57,400 bases of DNA. Source: a virus. Taxonomy: Duplodnaviria; Caudoviricetes. The notes below the pieces were generated by a model, which saw only the letters and a list, made by a program, of their open reading frames with translations, made no database searches and was not told the origin of the DNA. Positions 56,375 to 57,400 of the stretch are shown here, one piece after another. Each line of letters begins with the position of its first letter. Position 1 is the first letter of the stretch. The DNA lies in the IMG/VR virus record IMGVR_UViG_3300017655_000002, positions 1-57,400 of that record. One strand, 5' to 3'. A program made the translations under genes and the position numbers.

Positions 56375-57210
56375 AGGTGGCTCCTGTCATTCTCGAAGAC
56401 GTGCAGGGAGGACATGTGCATGGTGTAGGTGCCGGGCACCACGTCCTTCCAGGCCTCTTCGTTGTAGTGGACGCATTTGTCCAACACCCACAGGAGGAGG
56501 CGAACTGCCAGATAGCAGTCGTCCGCCCAGTGACGAACGAAGTCGCACGAGCGTAGCGGATAGTAGATGTGCAATCGATCATCGCGGCGAATGAACTGGT
56601 AGAGCAGCGTGCACGGCATACGGCCATTGGCGCCGGTGTCTTCCGGGAAGAACAACGGCACAACGATCTGGCGGCTCAGCGGGTCGTGAGCAAGCTTCTC
56701 GACAGCGCGCCGCAAGTCACCATACTCACCGCGGATGCCAATATGAGGGACGGCGAAGTCCATCATGTGGTCCGGGTTCTCAGCCGCTTCCTTCCACTCA
56801 GCAACAGTTTTCGTTTTCTTGATGTATCCCGCGAACCTCGGCCAGAGGCGCTCCATGTAGTTGTGGTTGAATTCGCCACGTTCGTCACGATGCTTGTCGG
56901 CGCTCGTTGCCCAAGGCCAGTTCTCCCACTCGACACCTGGGTTGATCGGGTAGCCGCAGACGCGCTCTTCGAAGTGATCGTCCGCCCAGGGAAGGTTTGG
57001 GCGAATGTCATGGCGCCAGTGATCGAGGTCGGTGATGCCCGCGAGGTCGATCATGAACGACTCCATGAGCAGCTCCTGACTGCGCATCTCCGGGCGACGT
57101 GATACGTCCATGCCCTGCCAGGTCATAGGATGGACCGTCTCGGCGCGTGTCTTGAACGCGGCACGCAGCGCATGTTGGGCCGCGTAGAAGTTTCGGTATC
57201 GAAGTGTCAT
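56371..57210 (-). CDS. Thymidylate-synthase-family enzyme, dCMP type (methyl- or hydroxymethyltransferase)
   Basis: DP.SRQ, MPCTLLYQF, RSCDFVRHWADD, SSLHVF; Asp at the E. coli TS N177 position. Confidence 0.85.
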   Translation of the reverse strand: MTLRYRNFYAAQHALRAAFKTRAETVHPMTWQGMDVSRRPEMRSQELLMESFMIDLAGITDLDHWRHDIRPNLPWADDHFEERVCGYPINPGVEWENWPWATSADKHRDERGEFNHNYMERLWPRFAGYIKKTKTVAEWKEAAENPDHMMDFAVPHIGIRGEYGDLRRAVEKLAHDPLSRQIVVPLFFPEDTGANGRMPCTLLYQFIRRDDRLHIYYPLRSCDFVRHWADDCYLAVRLLLWVLDKCVHYNEEAWKDVVPGTYTMHMSSLHVFENDRSHL

Positions 57211-57400
57211 TGATTGAGGCTCCTCAGTTTAGCTGCTTTGCGTTGACGCTTTGCCTCGGCGGCTGCGAGGCGTTCAAGATCGCCGGCCGTCATGTGGCCG
57301 TTCTGTTGGTGGTTGTGACGTTCGAAAGGTTCGACCACCACATTGGTCAGTCGTTCCACTTCCCACTTGCCACTCACCTTTCGCTGAACGTCCACCCAGC
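57207..57400 (-). CDS. DUF3297-like protein, 3' part (starts at 265 across the junction)
   Basis: In-frame continuation; ATGA overlap with TS gene. Confidence 0.75.
   Translation of the reverse strand, partial: WVDVQRKVSGKWEVERLTNVVVEPFERHNHQQNGHMTAGDLERLAAAEAKRQRKAAKLRSLNQ
57278..57400. repeat. Terminal direct repeat, identical to 1-123
   Basis: Exact match. Confidence 0.95.

Noticed and set aside
56371-57210. Ordinary ThyA or a 5-hmdU thymidine-hypermodification pathway
   Set aside because: Specificity residue is Asp, and no 5-hmU DNA kinase, amino-acid transferase, radical SAM or PLP enzyme was recognised

Overview
The window is an apparently complete, circularly assembled genome (57,277 bp; bases 1-123 repeat at 57278-57400) of a tailed dsDNA siphovirus. 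No integrase was seen. An alphaproteobacterial host is inferred from CtrA-like boxes and a DUF3297-like gene. Modules: (i) a leftward nucleotide-modification and replication operon crossing the junction (dNMP kinase-MazG fusion, two thymidylate-synthase-fold proteins that both have the dCMP-type Asp, dCMP deaminase, PolA with a UDG-like N-terminus, exonuclease, AAA recombinase, SSB, VRR-NUC, SNF2 helicase); (ii) a divergent primase-helicase and small early genes under sigma70-type promoters, four of which carry phased CtrA-like boxes; (iii) a rightward packaging, head, tail and lysis region interrupted by two antisense early-gene islands. The main candidates for new biology are: a five-enzyme glycan cassette inside the head module, paired with identical C-terminal Thr-Ser-Pro ends on the major capsid and tail-tube proteins (putative virion O-glycosylation); an exactly 49-bp-phased two-motif array upstream of terS; and a two-TS cytosine-modification pathway. 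All product calls come from motifs recognised by eye; no database search was run. Many start codons were re-chosen from RBS and overlap evidence.
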